Shown one piece after another: positions 56,631 through 64,000 of a DNA stretch of 64,000 nucleotides. Numbering within the stretch: the stretch's first letter is position 1; every line of letters begins with the position of its first letter. Source of the DNA: Dehalococcoidia bacterium. Lineage in GTDB: Bacteria > Chloroflexota > Dehalococcoidia > Bin125. The translations under genes were made by a program, and so were the position numbers. The notes below the pieces were generated by a model, which saw only the letters and a list, made by a program, of their open reading frames with translations, ran no database searches and had not been told where the DNA came from. Location of the stretch: positions 159,905 through 223,904 of the forward strand of contig JAJDYG010000040.1 in assembly GCA_022822855.1 (NCBI GenBank), written 5' to 3'.

Positions 56631-59435
56631 TCACAACCGCTGATTCGACACAACCGGCTCCGACGCCAAGAGCGTCCTGAGCACTGCCAAGTCGGGCAAG
56701 TCCAGAATCTCTGAGAGACCATCGTCCAGGGCTTTGCGGGCGGGGCAATCGGCCATTGCGGGTAGCCGTTCGAAGGTCGCATCCGACAAGTCATCGAACA
56801 GCGTTTCCAGTGCCCTGAGTTCGGAATCGGACAGTGATCGAGTGTCTAGTACTGGCAGCGTCCGTAGATCAGCTTTCTTCATCTGGACCCAGGGTCCCCG
56901 CGTCGTGTTTCTCGTACCGAGCAGTGCTGACAAGCCGATGCTGCTGTTCATCCAAAGAGCGAGGGCCGCTTCCTGGGCTCTCTCGGCAAGCTTGACAGGC
57001 CAAAACGCGTTTGAGAGCACGCGGACGTTAGTGCGCATCGCGACGATCCGTGTTGTGTTCAGCCAAAGCCGCTGGCCGACAAGCAAGTTGGCCGCCTTTG
57101 GCCATAACTGGTCAAACGGCTTGAGGTTCCGCCCAGGTCGCGCCTCAACGAGCGGCACCAAGTACTTGTTGTGCTTACCCGTCAAGCCAGTCTGCTCATC
57201 GGTGTCGTGATTCTCGACCATCGGGTAGGCGGTTATGGCGTCGGTGCGTTCGAATCCGTCCGTCACATCACGGATGTCAGGGCCGATCTCTCCCAACCCA
57301 GCCAGTGCGCAGAGTGGCACATTTGTCGTCGTTGGCTCGCCTGGAATCCAGACTTCACCATCCTTGAGCAGCCGAAGCGCGCTTCGCGTCAAGTCCGCTC
57401 GCGCGAACTGAATGCCGCGCCATTGAGTGCCAGCGCAATCTGACTCGGAGATCGAAACCGCTTCGCCAACGTGCTGACCGTCTACGGACAACAAACCCAT
57501 GCCTGAGCCTTCCACGGGAGCCGGCGTTGTTGACGCGATCGCGTCGGCGACCCGACCGGCCTCGAAGACGCTGGGGCTGTTGCGCCAAAGGTTTACGAAT
57601 GTCGTCAGATGTTCGTCAGACTCATCTTCGATCCTCTTGCGGCGCGTTGCGATCAGCAGCGCTTCGGATAGGTCCGTGGAGTCCGAAAAATTCCATCGAG
57701 TCGGATCATGGGAGACGATTACAACGTCCAGCGTGAAGTCGCGCTCGATCAGAGTTCGCGTTTGCTGCCAAGACGAACCAGTACAAACGCTGATCGGTAG
57801 GACAAGGGCCAACCTACCCTCGCCCTCTCGCAGCTTCGGCGCGGCGGCGGCAACGAATGCCGCCCCTAATCCTGCTGTGGCGGTCGCTTGGCGGTTCTTG
57901 AGGCGCTTGGACAGTTCCTTGCGCAGCTTGGCGCGATCTGATTTTGGCAGGCTCCCGAACAGCAGGTTGCCGACGACCGACCGGGTGAACGGGGGATTCA
58001 TGATCGCGAGGTCGAGTTCGGGGAGTTTGGCGGTGACCCCTGCCTCAACGCCTTGCGGGCCTTCACCGCTGACTCGCTCCGCGCCCGGCGTAGGGATTTC
58101 CGGTGAGAGCGCGAACTGGACGGCAACCTCGTCCTCGCCGAGGAAGTCGAGCGAGCCGAGCGCGACCTTGCCGTCATCCGCGCCGTAGTCCATGACGTAG
58201 AGGTTCATGCGGTCGAACTCGATCTGCGGATTGAGCATGGCCAGGCTCGTGGCGGCGAAGTGGATGGCGGAGAGCTGCACGTCGTATCCGTGCAGGGCCT
58301 GCTCGACCATCGCCTTGTGCAGCTCGGCGGAGCGCTCGCCTCCGGCGGCTTCGTGTCGGCGCTCGGCCTCGGCGGCGACCGCCATGAGCAGCGTGCCGGT
58401 GCCGCAGGCGAGGTCGGCGACGCTGAGCGAGGCGGGAAACTCGTGGTCGGCCCAATCGACATTCGGCGGCCAATCCTCGAACACCAGACGCGCGAGCAGC
58501 GTCGCGGCGGGGACGGAGGTGTAGTAGGCGCCGGTGAACTTGGCGTCGGAAAGCAGCGTGTGAAACAGGCGGCCGGAGAGATCGTGACCCTCAACTTTGC
58601 TCGTCTGTTGGACGGCCTCGATCAGCGGAGCCATGGACTGGTGCTGGATTTCGTCCGGCGCGGCGCTGAGGATGTCCAGCAGTTCTGCGGCGAGTTGGAA
58701 GACGGGGATGTAATCGATCTCATCGCAGATGGTGAGCCAGGCGTCGCGAAACTCGACGACCGGGGACTTGAGCATCTCACCGAGTGTGGGGACATCGCCA
58801 TTGATGGCCGCGAGACGGTCCTGAAATGCGAGCGCGTTGAAGATGATCAGACAACCAATGCGCAGCGCGGCGGCGCGATCCTTCTCTTGGTCGGTCTGGG
58901 CGATGGCGTCGGCGATCCGCTTCGAGATCCGCGCGTGGTCACTGAGCGCTTTGGCCGACCGGTCGAGCGCGTACCCGACCGCTCCAGCCGCGACGATGAC
59001 GCGGTCGACGCCTTCGATTTCCAGCGGGAGCAGTCGCAGGTGGTCGGCGAGTTGGTCGACCGTGCCCTCGCGCAGCGGCGGGTCGGCGTAGGTCTGTTGG
59101 CGGGAGCTATGCAGGAACCACTGGAGGTTGAGGGTGTGTTCGAGTTCGTCGAGGATGTCCTCCTCTTGCTTGAGCCAGTCGGGGTAGAGGACGCCGACGC
59201 GGGCGATGGCGTCGGGGAAGTCGGTGAGTCGGTCGTTGAGTTGGTCGAGCAGGTCTGCGTGGCCGGACTCCCACTTGCATTCCAGCAGGACGAGTTCGCC
59301 GGTGGGGAGTTCGTATCGGATGTCGGGGGTGTCGCCTCGGCTGCGTCGCTCGGCGCGGGCGGGGATGCCTCGGGCTCGGAGGAGTTGCCCGAGGAGCGGG
59401 TTGACGGCTTCCTCGCGGGCGGTTTCAGAGGGCAT
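56631..59435 (-). CDS. Type IIG-like restriction-modification enzyme (PD-(D/E)XK nuclease, N6-adenine MTase, TRD)
   Basis: PD..LLECK, GAYYTSVPAA, DLACGTGTLL, MNPPF. Confidence 0.85.
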   Translation of the reverse strand: MPSETAREEAVNPLLGQLLRARGIPARAERRSRGDTPDIRYELPTGELVLLECKWESGHADLLDQLNDRLTDFPDAIARVGVLYPDWLKQEEDILDELEHTLNLQWFLHSSRQQTYADPPLREGTVDQLADHLRLLPLEIEGVDRVIVAAGAVGYALDRSAKALSDHARISKRIADAIAQTDQEKDRAAALRIGCLIIFNALAFQDRLAAINGDVPTLGEMLKSPVVEFRDAWLTICDEIDYIPVFQLAAELLDILSAAPDEIQHQSMAPLIEAVQQTSKVEGHDLSGRLFHTLLSDAKFTGAYYTSVPAATLLARLVFEDWPPNVDWADHEFPASLSVADLACGTGTLLMAVAAEAERRHEAAGGERSAELHKAMVEQALHGYDVQLSAIHFAATSLAMLNPQIEFDRMNLYVMDYGADDGKVALGSLDFLGEDEVAVQFALSPEIPTPGAERVSGEGPQGVEAGVTAKLPELDLAIMNPPFTRSVVGNLLFGSLPKSDRAKLRKELSKRLKNRQATATAGLGAAFVAAAAPKLREGEGRLALVLPISVCTGSSWQQTRTLIERDFTLDVVIVSHDPTRWNFSDSTDLSEALLIATRRKRIEDESDEHLTTFVNLWRNSPSVFEAGRVADAIASTTPAPVEGSGMGLLSVDGQHVGEAVSISESDCAGTQWRGIQFARADLTRSALRLLKDGEVWIPGEPTTTNVPLCALAGLGEIGPDIRDVTDGFERTDAITAYPMVENHDTDEQTGLTGKHNKYLVPLVEARPGRNLKPFDQLWPKAANLLVGQRLWLNTTRIVAMRTNVRVLSNAFWPVKLAERAQEAALALWMNSSIGLSALLGTRNTTRGPWVQMKKADLRTLPVLDTRSLSDSELRALETLFDDLSDATFERLPAMADCPARKALDDGLSEILDLPDLAVLRTLLASEPVVSNQRL

Positions 59436-59463
59436 GCAGGGATTGTTGCACAGGTCGGGCGAG

Positions 59464-59497
59464 CCCTCACCCTAACCCTCTCCCTGAGGGAGAGGGG
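59464..59497. repeat. REP-like element
   Basis: CCCTCACCCTAACCCTCTCCCTGAGGGAGAGGGG; inverted relative of 15606..15638. Confidence 0.75.
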
Positions 59498-59611
59498 ATT
59501 CGGAAGGGGGTGGGGTTGGGTTTGCGGTGGGCGCGTCCATCACGTCCCACGTCGTCGGCCAATGATAGACTTAGTCCATCGAACCGGACTAATGAGGAAT
59601 CGTGAGCAGCC

Positions 59612-59851
59612 GTGCGCGTCGTCAACATGCATGAAGCGAAGACGCAGCTCTCCAGGCTGGTGCAGGCGGCGGTTGAGGGCGAGCCGTTCATCATCGCTCG
59701 CAGCGGCAAGCCGCTGGTCAAGGTCGTGTCGATCGAGGCGCCGGCCGGCGCTGCGCAACGAACCGGCTTCCTGCCCGATATCTCGGTGCCGCCCGACTTC
59801 GACCGCATGGGCGCCGATGAGATCGAGCGACTCTTCGGCGGACAGCGGTGA
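59612..59851 (+). CDS. Phd/YefM family antitoxin
   Basis: VNMHEAKTQLSRLV..A..GE..IIAR.GKPLVK. Confidence 0.92.
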   Translation: MRVVNMHEAKTQLSRLVQAAVEGEPFIIARSGKPLVKVVSIEAPAGAAQRTGFLPDISVPPDFDRMGADEIERLFGGQR

Positions 59852-60234
59852 GGCTCCTGCTCGATACGCACGTCCTGTTGTGGGCGGCAGGCGAGCCGGA
59901 ACGACTGCGGCCCAGCGCACGCTCCCTGATCGATGACCCCGAAAACGAGCCGCACTTCAGCGCTGCGTCGCTCTGGGAGGTGGCGATCAAGAGCGGTTTG
60001 GGACGCGACGACTTCCGCGTTGACCCGCGAGTCCTGCGTCGGGCGCTGTTGGAGCATGGCTACACGGAACTGCCGATCACCGGCGCTCACGCGGTTGCAG
60101 TGGATCTGTTGCCACCCATTCACCGCGATCCGTTCGATCGCCTGCTCGTCGCCCAGGCCCAGATTGAGGCGATGACGCTATTGACCGCCGACACGACCGT
60201 CGCGGAATATCCCGGACCGATTCAGCTGATCTGA
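59848..60234 (+). CDS. vapC: VapC/PIN-domain toxin
   Basis: LLLDTHVLLW, SAASLWEVAIK, HRDPFDR.L.AQA, TAD; 4-nt overlap with the antitoxin. Confidence 0.93.
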   Translation: MRLLLDTHVLLWAAGEPERLRPSARSLIDDPENEPHFSAASLWEVAIKSGLGRDDFRVDPRVLRRALLEHGYTELPITGAHAVAVDLLPPIHRDPFDRLLVAQAQIEAMTLLTADTTVAEYPGPIQLI

Positions 60235-60248
60235 CCGACAGCGGAGGG

Positions 60249-61160
60249 CTAGCGAAACTCCGGGGCGATCTCCTCGATGAAGCGGTCCATTTGCTCGGTT
60301 CTCTGGAAGGCGTTGGCTCCGAGGGTGAAGTCGGGGAGGATGAGTTCGTCGACGCCGGCGTCGATGTAGGCCTGGACGGTTTGCTTGATCTCGTCATTGG
60401 AGCCTGCGAGGACGGGGCGGCCGCTGGCTCGGATGGGGCCGAGGACGTCCTCGTCGTCGGTCATCATCAGCAGCATGCAGGCGGAACGTTCGATCTCGGC
60501 GGGGTCGCGGCCGACGTCGGCGCAGTGGGCGTCGAGGACTGACTGCTTGTGGGTGAGGGTCTCGGGCGTGCCCCAGACGTTCCACTCGTTGGCGTACTTG
60601 GCTGTGATGCGCAGGGTGCGGCGCTCGCCGCCGCCGCCGATCATCAAGGGCAGCGGGGTCTGGATCGGCTTGGGCTCCATCGGCGCGTCGATCAGCTGGT
60701 AGTGCTCGCCGGTGAAGTTGGTCTTCTCGTAGCGGAACATCTCGGTGATCAGCTGGCAGGCCTCCTCGAAGCGGTCCATGCGCTCCTTGAGCGTGCCGAA
60801 GTGGATGCCGTAGGCGTGGTGCTCGTTCTCCTGCCAGGCCGCGCCGAGGCCGAGGATGAATCGGCCGCCGGAGATGATGTCGATCTGGGCGGCCATCTTG
60901 GCGGTCACGGTCGGGTGGCGATAGGTGTTGCCCGAGACCATGTGTCCCAGTTTGACCCTCGGAATGCGCGCCGCGAACGCCGCCATCGTGGTCCAGGATT
61001 CGTGCATGATCTCGTCGGAGGCGTCCTCGCCGACGGGCTTGTTGGGCATGAAGTGATCGGCGAACCAGATCCGGTCCCAGCCGGTGCGTTCGGCGTGTCG
61101 GGCGACGGTCAGTACCTCGGCCCAGGGGTTGGATGCGCCTGGCCAGAATCCGAATCGCAT
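60249..61160 (-). CDS. LLM-class, probably F420-dependent oxidoreductase (Rv1855c-like)
   Basis: DRIWFADHF, ESWTT, GNTYRHP, GRFILGLGAAW.E.EH.AYG, PLMIGGGGE.RTL. Confidence 0.9.
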   Translation of the reverse strand: MRFGFWPGASNPWAEVLTVARHAERTGWDRIWFADHFMPNKPVGEDASDEIMHESWTTMAAFAARIPRVKLGHMVSGNTYRHPTVTAKMAAQIDIISGGRFILGLGAAWQENEHHAYGIHFGTLKERMDRFEEACQLITEMFRYEKTNFTGEHYQLIDAPMEPKPIQTPLPLMIGGGGERRTLRITAKYANEWNVWGTPETLTHKQSVLDAHCADVGRDPAEIERSACMLLMMTDDEDVLGPIRASGRPVLAGSNDEIKQTVQAYIDAGVDELILPDFTLGANAFQRTEQMDRFIEEIAPEFR

Positions 61161-61254
61161 GATGATTGTCCTTCGATGGTGTGCCTCTTGTGGCGGGCTT
61201 TGGCGGCAGGCTAGTGCTCGCGCGGGTTGCTGCTCAGCCCGTCTCTACTCGTTG

Positions 61255-61602
61255 CTATTCGCGGTCATCTTGCTCGCGAAGCGCGTCAAGGGTCAGCGGT
61301 CGACCTGCGCGCCTCGCCTCCTGCCAGCGCTGGAACGAGCGGGCGCTCTCGCCCGACGGTCGGCCGGCGAGCAGACCCTCGATGCTGAGGTCCTCGTCGA
61401 GGTCGGGCCAGTGGATGTGCCGACCCGCGGCATGCAGTTCCAGGTTGTCGCGTTCGTCGGGCGTGGCCTGCAACAGGCGCGGATACCAGGCCAGCGGGAC
61501 CGAGAGTGTGCGACCGTCCATGAGGTCGGCCGTCAGGGTGTCCTCGGTGACGGTCACGCGCTGGGCTCCCGGGATTTCCAGCTCAACGATTGAAGTAGTC
61601 AT
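61255..61602 (-). CDS. DUF2442-domain protein (predicted antitoxin)
   Basis: DGRTLSVPLAWYPRL..AT..ER......G.HIHWPDLDEDLSIEGLL. Confidence 0.88.
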   Translation of the reverse strand: MTTSIVELEIPGAQRVTVTEDTLTADLMDGRTLSVPLAWYPRLLQATPDERDNLELHAAGRHIHWPDLDEDLSIEGLLAGRPSGESARSFQRWQEARRAGRPLTLDALREQDDRE

Positions 61603-61819
61603 TCCACTGCTCCAGAAACTGGCTGCGCTTCCGATCGACGATTCTGTGAATGTCGCGAAGCTCAGTCCGGCTCAGGTTGCCGCTGCTCTCAAGCTCGACC
61701 GGGTTTAGCCCCGGCTTGGCGAATCCAGCATCCCGGCGGACATGCACGTGAGGCGGCTCGCCCCGATCGCTCGACACGAAGTAGAACCGGTAGGGGCCCT
61801 CTCGCAAGATCGTCGGCAT
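61583..61819 (-). CDS. DUF4160-domain protein (predicted toxin)
   Basis: MPTI...GPYRFYF.S....EPPHVHV; overlaps the DUF2442 gene. Confidence 0.88.
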   Translation of the reverse strand: MPTILREGPYRFYFVSSDRGEPPHVHVRRDAGFAKPGLNPVELESSGNLSRTELRDIHRIVDRKRSQFLEQWNDYFNR

Positions 61820-62045
61820 CGCTATTGCAACCCTACCGCTCGTTGACTCGCACTGCGAGAGCCGTGTCCGCCTCGGTCGCCATCCGCCCCGTGGCGCACG
61901 GGTTTAACGGAACGCCAACCACAGCGCCGCCGGCAGAGGGCGTACCATAATTGCGGCGGATTGCGGGTGGCCTTCTCACTGTCGAGCGGCTGCCGCGTTC
62001 ATGGCCCTCCTGAGACTTGGCGTTGACTCGTTGAGAGGCCGTGCG

Positions 62046-62723
62046 ATGCGCACCCTGTTGGTCGTCGAGGACGAGAGACCGCTGGCCGAGACCCTGCGGT
62101 TCAATCTGGAGATGGAAGGCTACCGAGTCCGCACGGCCGAGGACGGCGTCGAGGGACTCTCGATGGCTCGCGCTTTGCAGCCCGATCTGGTCCTGCTCGA
62201 TCTGATGCTGCCGCGCATGGACGGACTCGATGTCCTGCGCGGGATCCGGGAGCAATCGCAGGCGCCGGTCCTGCTGCTGACGGCCCGAACGTCGGAGGCG
62301 GACCGGGTGAAGGGGCTCGACCTGGGGGCGGACGACTACATCACGAAGCCATTCTCGCTGGCGGAGCTGAAGGCTCGGGTTCGGGTGCATCTGCGTCGTA
62401 AGCAGGAGGTGACGGTCGAGGATCGGGTGCTCGAGTTCGGTGAGTTTGAACTCGACCTCAATCGCCATCTGCTCACCAGGGACGGCGAGCCGATCGCTCT
62501 GCGACCGAAGGAGTACGAACTGCTCGCGTATCTTGCCCAGCGCGACGGCCGGGCCTTCACCCGAGACCAGTTGCTCAACGATGTCTGGGACATCTCCTTC
62601 GCCGGCGGGACACGCACCGTCGATGTCCACGTACGCTGGTTGCGAAAGAAGATTGAGAACCCGGACGGCCCGCCGCGCCACCTGATCACGGTGCGGGGAG
62701 CGGGGTATCGATTCGAGCGCTGA
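62046..62723 (+). CDS. OmpR/PhoB-family response regulator (PhoB/RegX3-like)
   Basis: VVEDE, LLDLMLP, LTA, GADDYITKPF, RTVDVHVRWLRKKIE, RGAGY. Confidence 0.95.
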   Translation: MRTLLVVEDERPLAETLRFNLEMEGYRVRTAEDGVEGLSMARALQPDLVLLDLMLPRMDGLDVLRGIREQSQAPVLLLTARTSEADRVKGLDLGADDYITKPFSLAELKARVRVHLRRKQEVTVEDRVLEFGEFELDLNRHLLTRDGEPIALRPKEYELLAYLAQRDGRAFTRDQLLNDVWDISFAGGTRTVDVHVRWLRKKIENPDGPPRHLITVRGAGYRFER

Positions 62724-62726
62724 GCC

Positions 62727-63995
62727 GTGCGTACGGTCGCTGTCGGTGTCGCTGGACTTCTCCTCGGAGTCGGGCTGCTCGCCTCTGAACTGACGATCAC
62801 CGGCGGCGCGATCGCCCTGGTAATCGGCCTCGGATTGTGCGCGCTCGGACTGATCTCCGCCGCCCGCGCAGCGGCCGATCTGCGCGACCAATCGGCGAGC
62901 CAATCGCTGACCGCCGAACGATTGCAGGACGAACTCTCGGCCCGGACCGCCGAGCGCGACCAACTTGAGCGCGCCCTCGCCTCCACCGGCGACATGGTCA
63001 TCGCGCTCGACGCCGACGCCAGGATCCAGTACCTCAATCCCGCCGCCGAGCTCGCCCTGCGCTCCGGCGAGCGCGAGATGATCGGCTCGCCGCTGCTCGA
63101 AGCGGTCGAGGATCCGGACCTCTACGGCACGGTACGGATGGCGATCGACGAGGGCACGCCCGCTGTCCTGGTCGTCCTGCGAGCCGAGAGACGCTTCCGC
63201 ACCGTGGTCGCTCCGGTCTCGGCGCTCGCCCAATCGGGACCGTGGTCCGTCGTCCTGGCCATGCACGATCTGTCGGACCTCTACGAGGCCGAGATCGCCC
63301 GGCGCGACTTCTTCATCAACGCCTCGCACGAGTTGCGCACGCCGCTGGCGTCGATCTCCGCCGCCGCCGAAACGCTCGAAGTCGTCAGCAAGCCGCAGGA
63401 CTCCGAGCGCTTCCGCGCGATCATCCAGTCCGAGGCCGGGCGGATGAGCCAGCTCGTCGAAGAGATGCTCGCGCTGGCGCGGTTGGAGTCGGGCCTGACG
63501 GAGCCGGAGATGGAGGTCGTCGGTATGGAATCGCTGCTCCAGGATGCCGTCGACAGCATCCGGCCGCAGGCCGAGCGCGAGGGTCTCTCGCTTCACTACA
63601 CGGGCCGTCACGGCGAGCCGGAGACGATGATCACGGCTGATCCGGAGTTGGTCGAGCGCGCCGTGCTCAATCTCCTGCACAATGCGGTCAAGTTCACGGC
63701 CGAGGGCGGGATGATCGAGCTGTTGGCGGAGCCGGGAGACGATGGCGATCCCGCGCCGATGGTCTGGATCCGGGTTCGCGATACCGGCATCGGCATTGAG
63801 CCCGCCGAGCAGGCGCGTATTTTCCAGCGCTTCTATCGGATCGACCGCGCCCGACAGTCTGGTGGCGGGACCGGTCTCGGCCTCGCCGTCGTGCGGCACA
63901 TCGCGGAAGTGCATGGTGGCGCGGTCTCGCTGCAAAGCGCGCCGGGTGAAGGCTCGACGTTCGGCTTCAGCGTGCCGCTCGCGCAACAGAGCTGA
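62727..63995 (+). CDS. PAS-domain sensor histidine kinase (PhoR/SenX3-like)
   Basis: N-terminal TM, PAS, FF.NASHELRTPL, NLLHNAVKF, DTGIGI, FYR.D.AR, GTGLGL. Confidence 0.95.
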   Translation: MRTVAVGVAGLLLGVGLLASELTITGGAIALVIGLGLCALGLISAARAAADLRDQSASQSLTAERLQDELSARTAERDQLERALASTGDMVIALDADARIQYLNPAAELALRSGEREMIGSPLLEAVEDPDLYGTVRMAIDEGTPAVLVVLRAERRFRTVVAPVSALAQSGPWSVVLAMHDLSDLYEAEIARRDFFINASHELRTPLASISAAAETLEVVSKPQDSERFRAIIQSEAGRMSQLVEEMLALARLESGLTEPEMEVVGMESLLQDAVDSIRPQAEREGLSLHYTGRHGEPETMITADPELVERAVLNLLHNAVKFTAEGGMIELLAEPGDDGDPAPMVWIRVRDTGIGIEPAEQARIFQRFYRIDRARQSGGGTGLGLAVVRHIAEVHGGAVSLQSAPGEGSTFGFSVPLAQQS

Positions 63996-64000
63996 TCGGT

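Noticed and set aside
57248-57257. GTTCGAATCC tRNA T-loop-like motif
   Set aside because: It lies inside the RM coding sequence and has no cloverleaf or acceptor stem around it.
1768-63986. Many long antisense or alternate-frame ORFs (e.g. 1768..3504 -, 10172..12016 -, 16103..17185 +, 52542..54143 -, 58260..59936 +, 61833..63986 -)
   Set aside because: Shadow ORFs typical of GC-rich DNA; each overlaps a gene with clear family motifs and has none of its own.

Overview
A GC-rich 64 kb bacterial chromosomal segment. Gene content (F420-type and FMN-type LLM oxidoreductases, four crotonases, two family III CoA-transferases, a Gram-positive/Chloroflexota-type GAAC-N4-GTTC LexA box) suggests Chloroflexota (Dehalococcoidia/SAR202-like); this is an inference. 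Most of the window is acyl-CoA and redox catabolism (CoA ligase, FadF-like Fe-S membrane oxidoreductase with EtfBA, SDR, amidase, MBL hydrolase), plus coaE, ilvD, transporters, a LexA-boxed imuB-dnaE2 cassette and a PhoB/PhoR-like two-component pair. Two defence-like islands (about 33.4-37.5 kb and 55.0-61.8 kb) carry a DNA methyltransferase-HNH fusion, a type IIG-like RM enzyme, a divergent wHTH / wHTH-TIR(NDT)-like pair, several toxin-antitoxin pairs and gene scars. The best leads are: (1) a tandem ferritin-like paralog pair with one intact and one ligand-less di-iron site, together with a CbbQ/NorQ + very large NorD/CbbO-like VWA chaperone pair that has no known client in the window; (2) the wHTH / wHTH-TIR pair beside the RM gene; (3) a promoter-driven, RBS-sequestering structured leader before coaE; (4) palindromic repeats inserted into each other at the same TC^AAG site at two separate loci. 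No rRNA, tRNA, CRISPR array or transposase was found. All family assignments are by motif recognition, without database searches.
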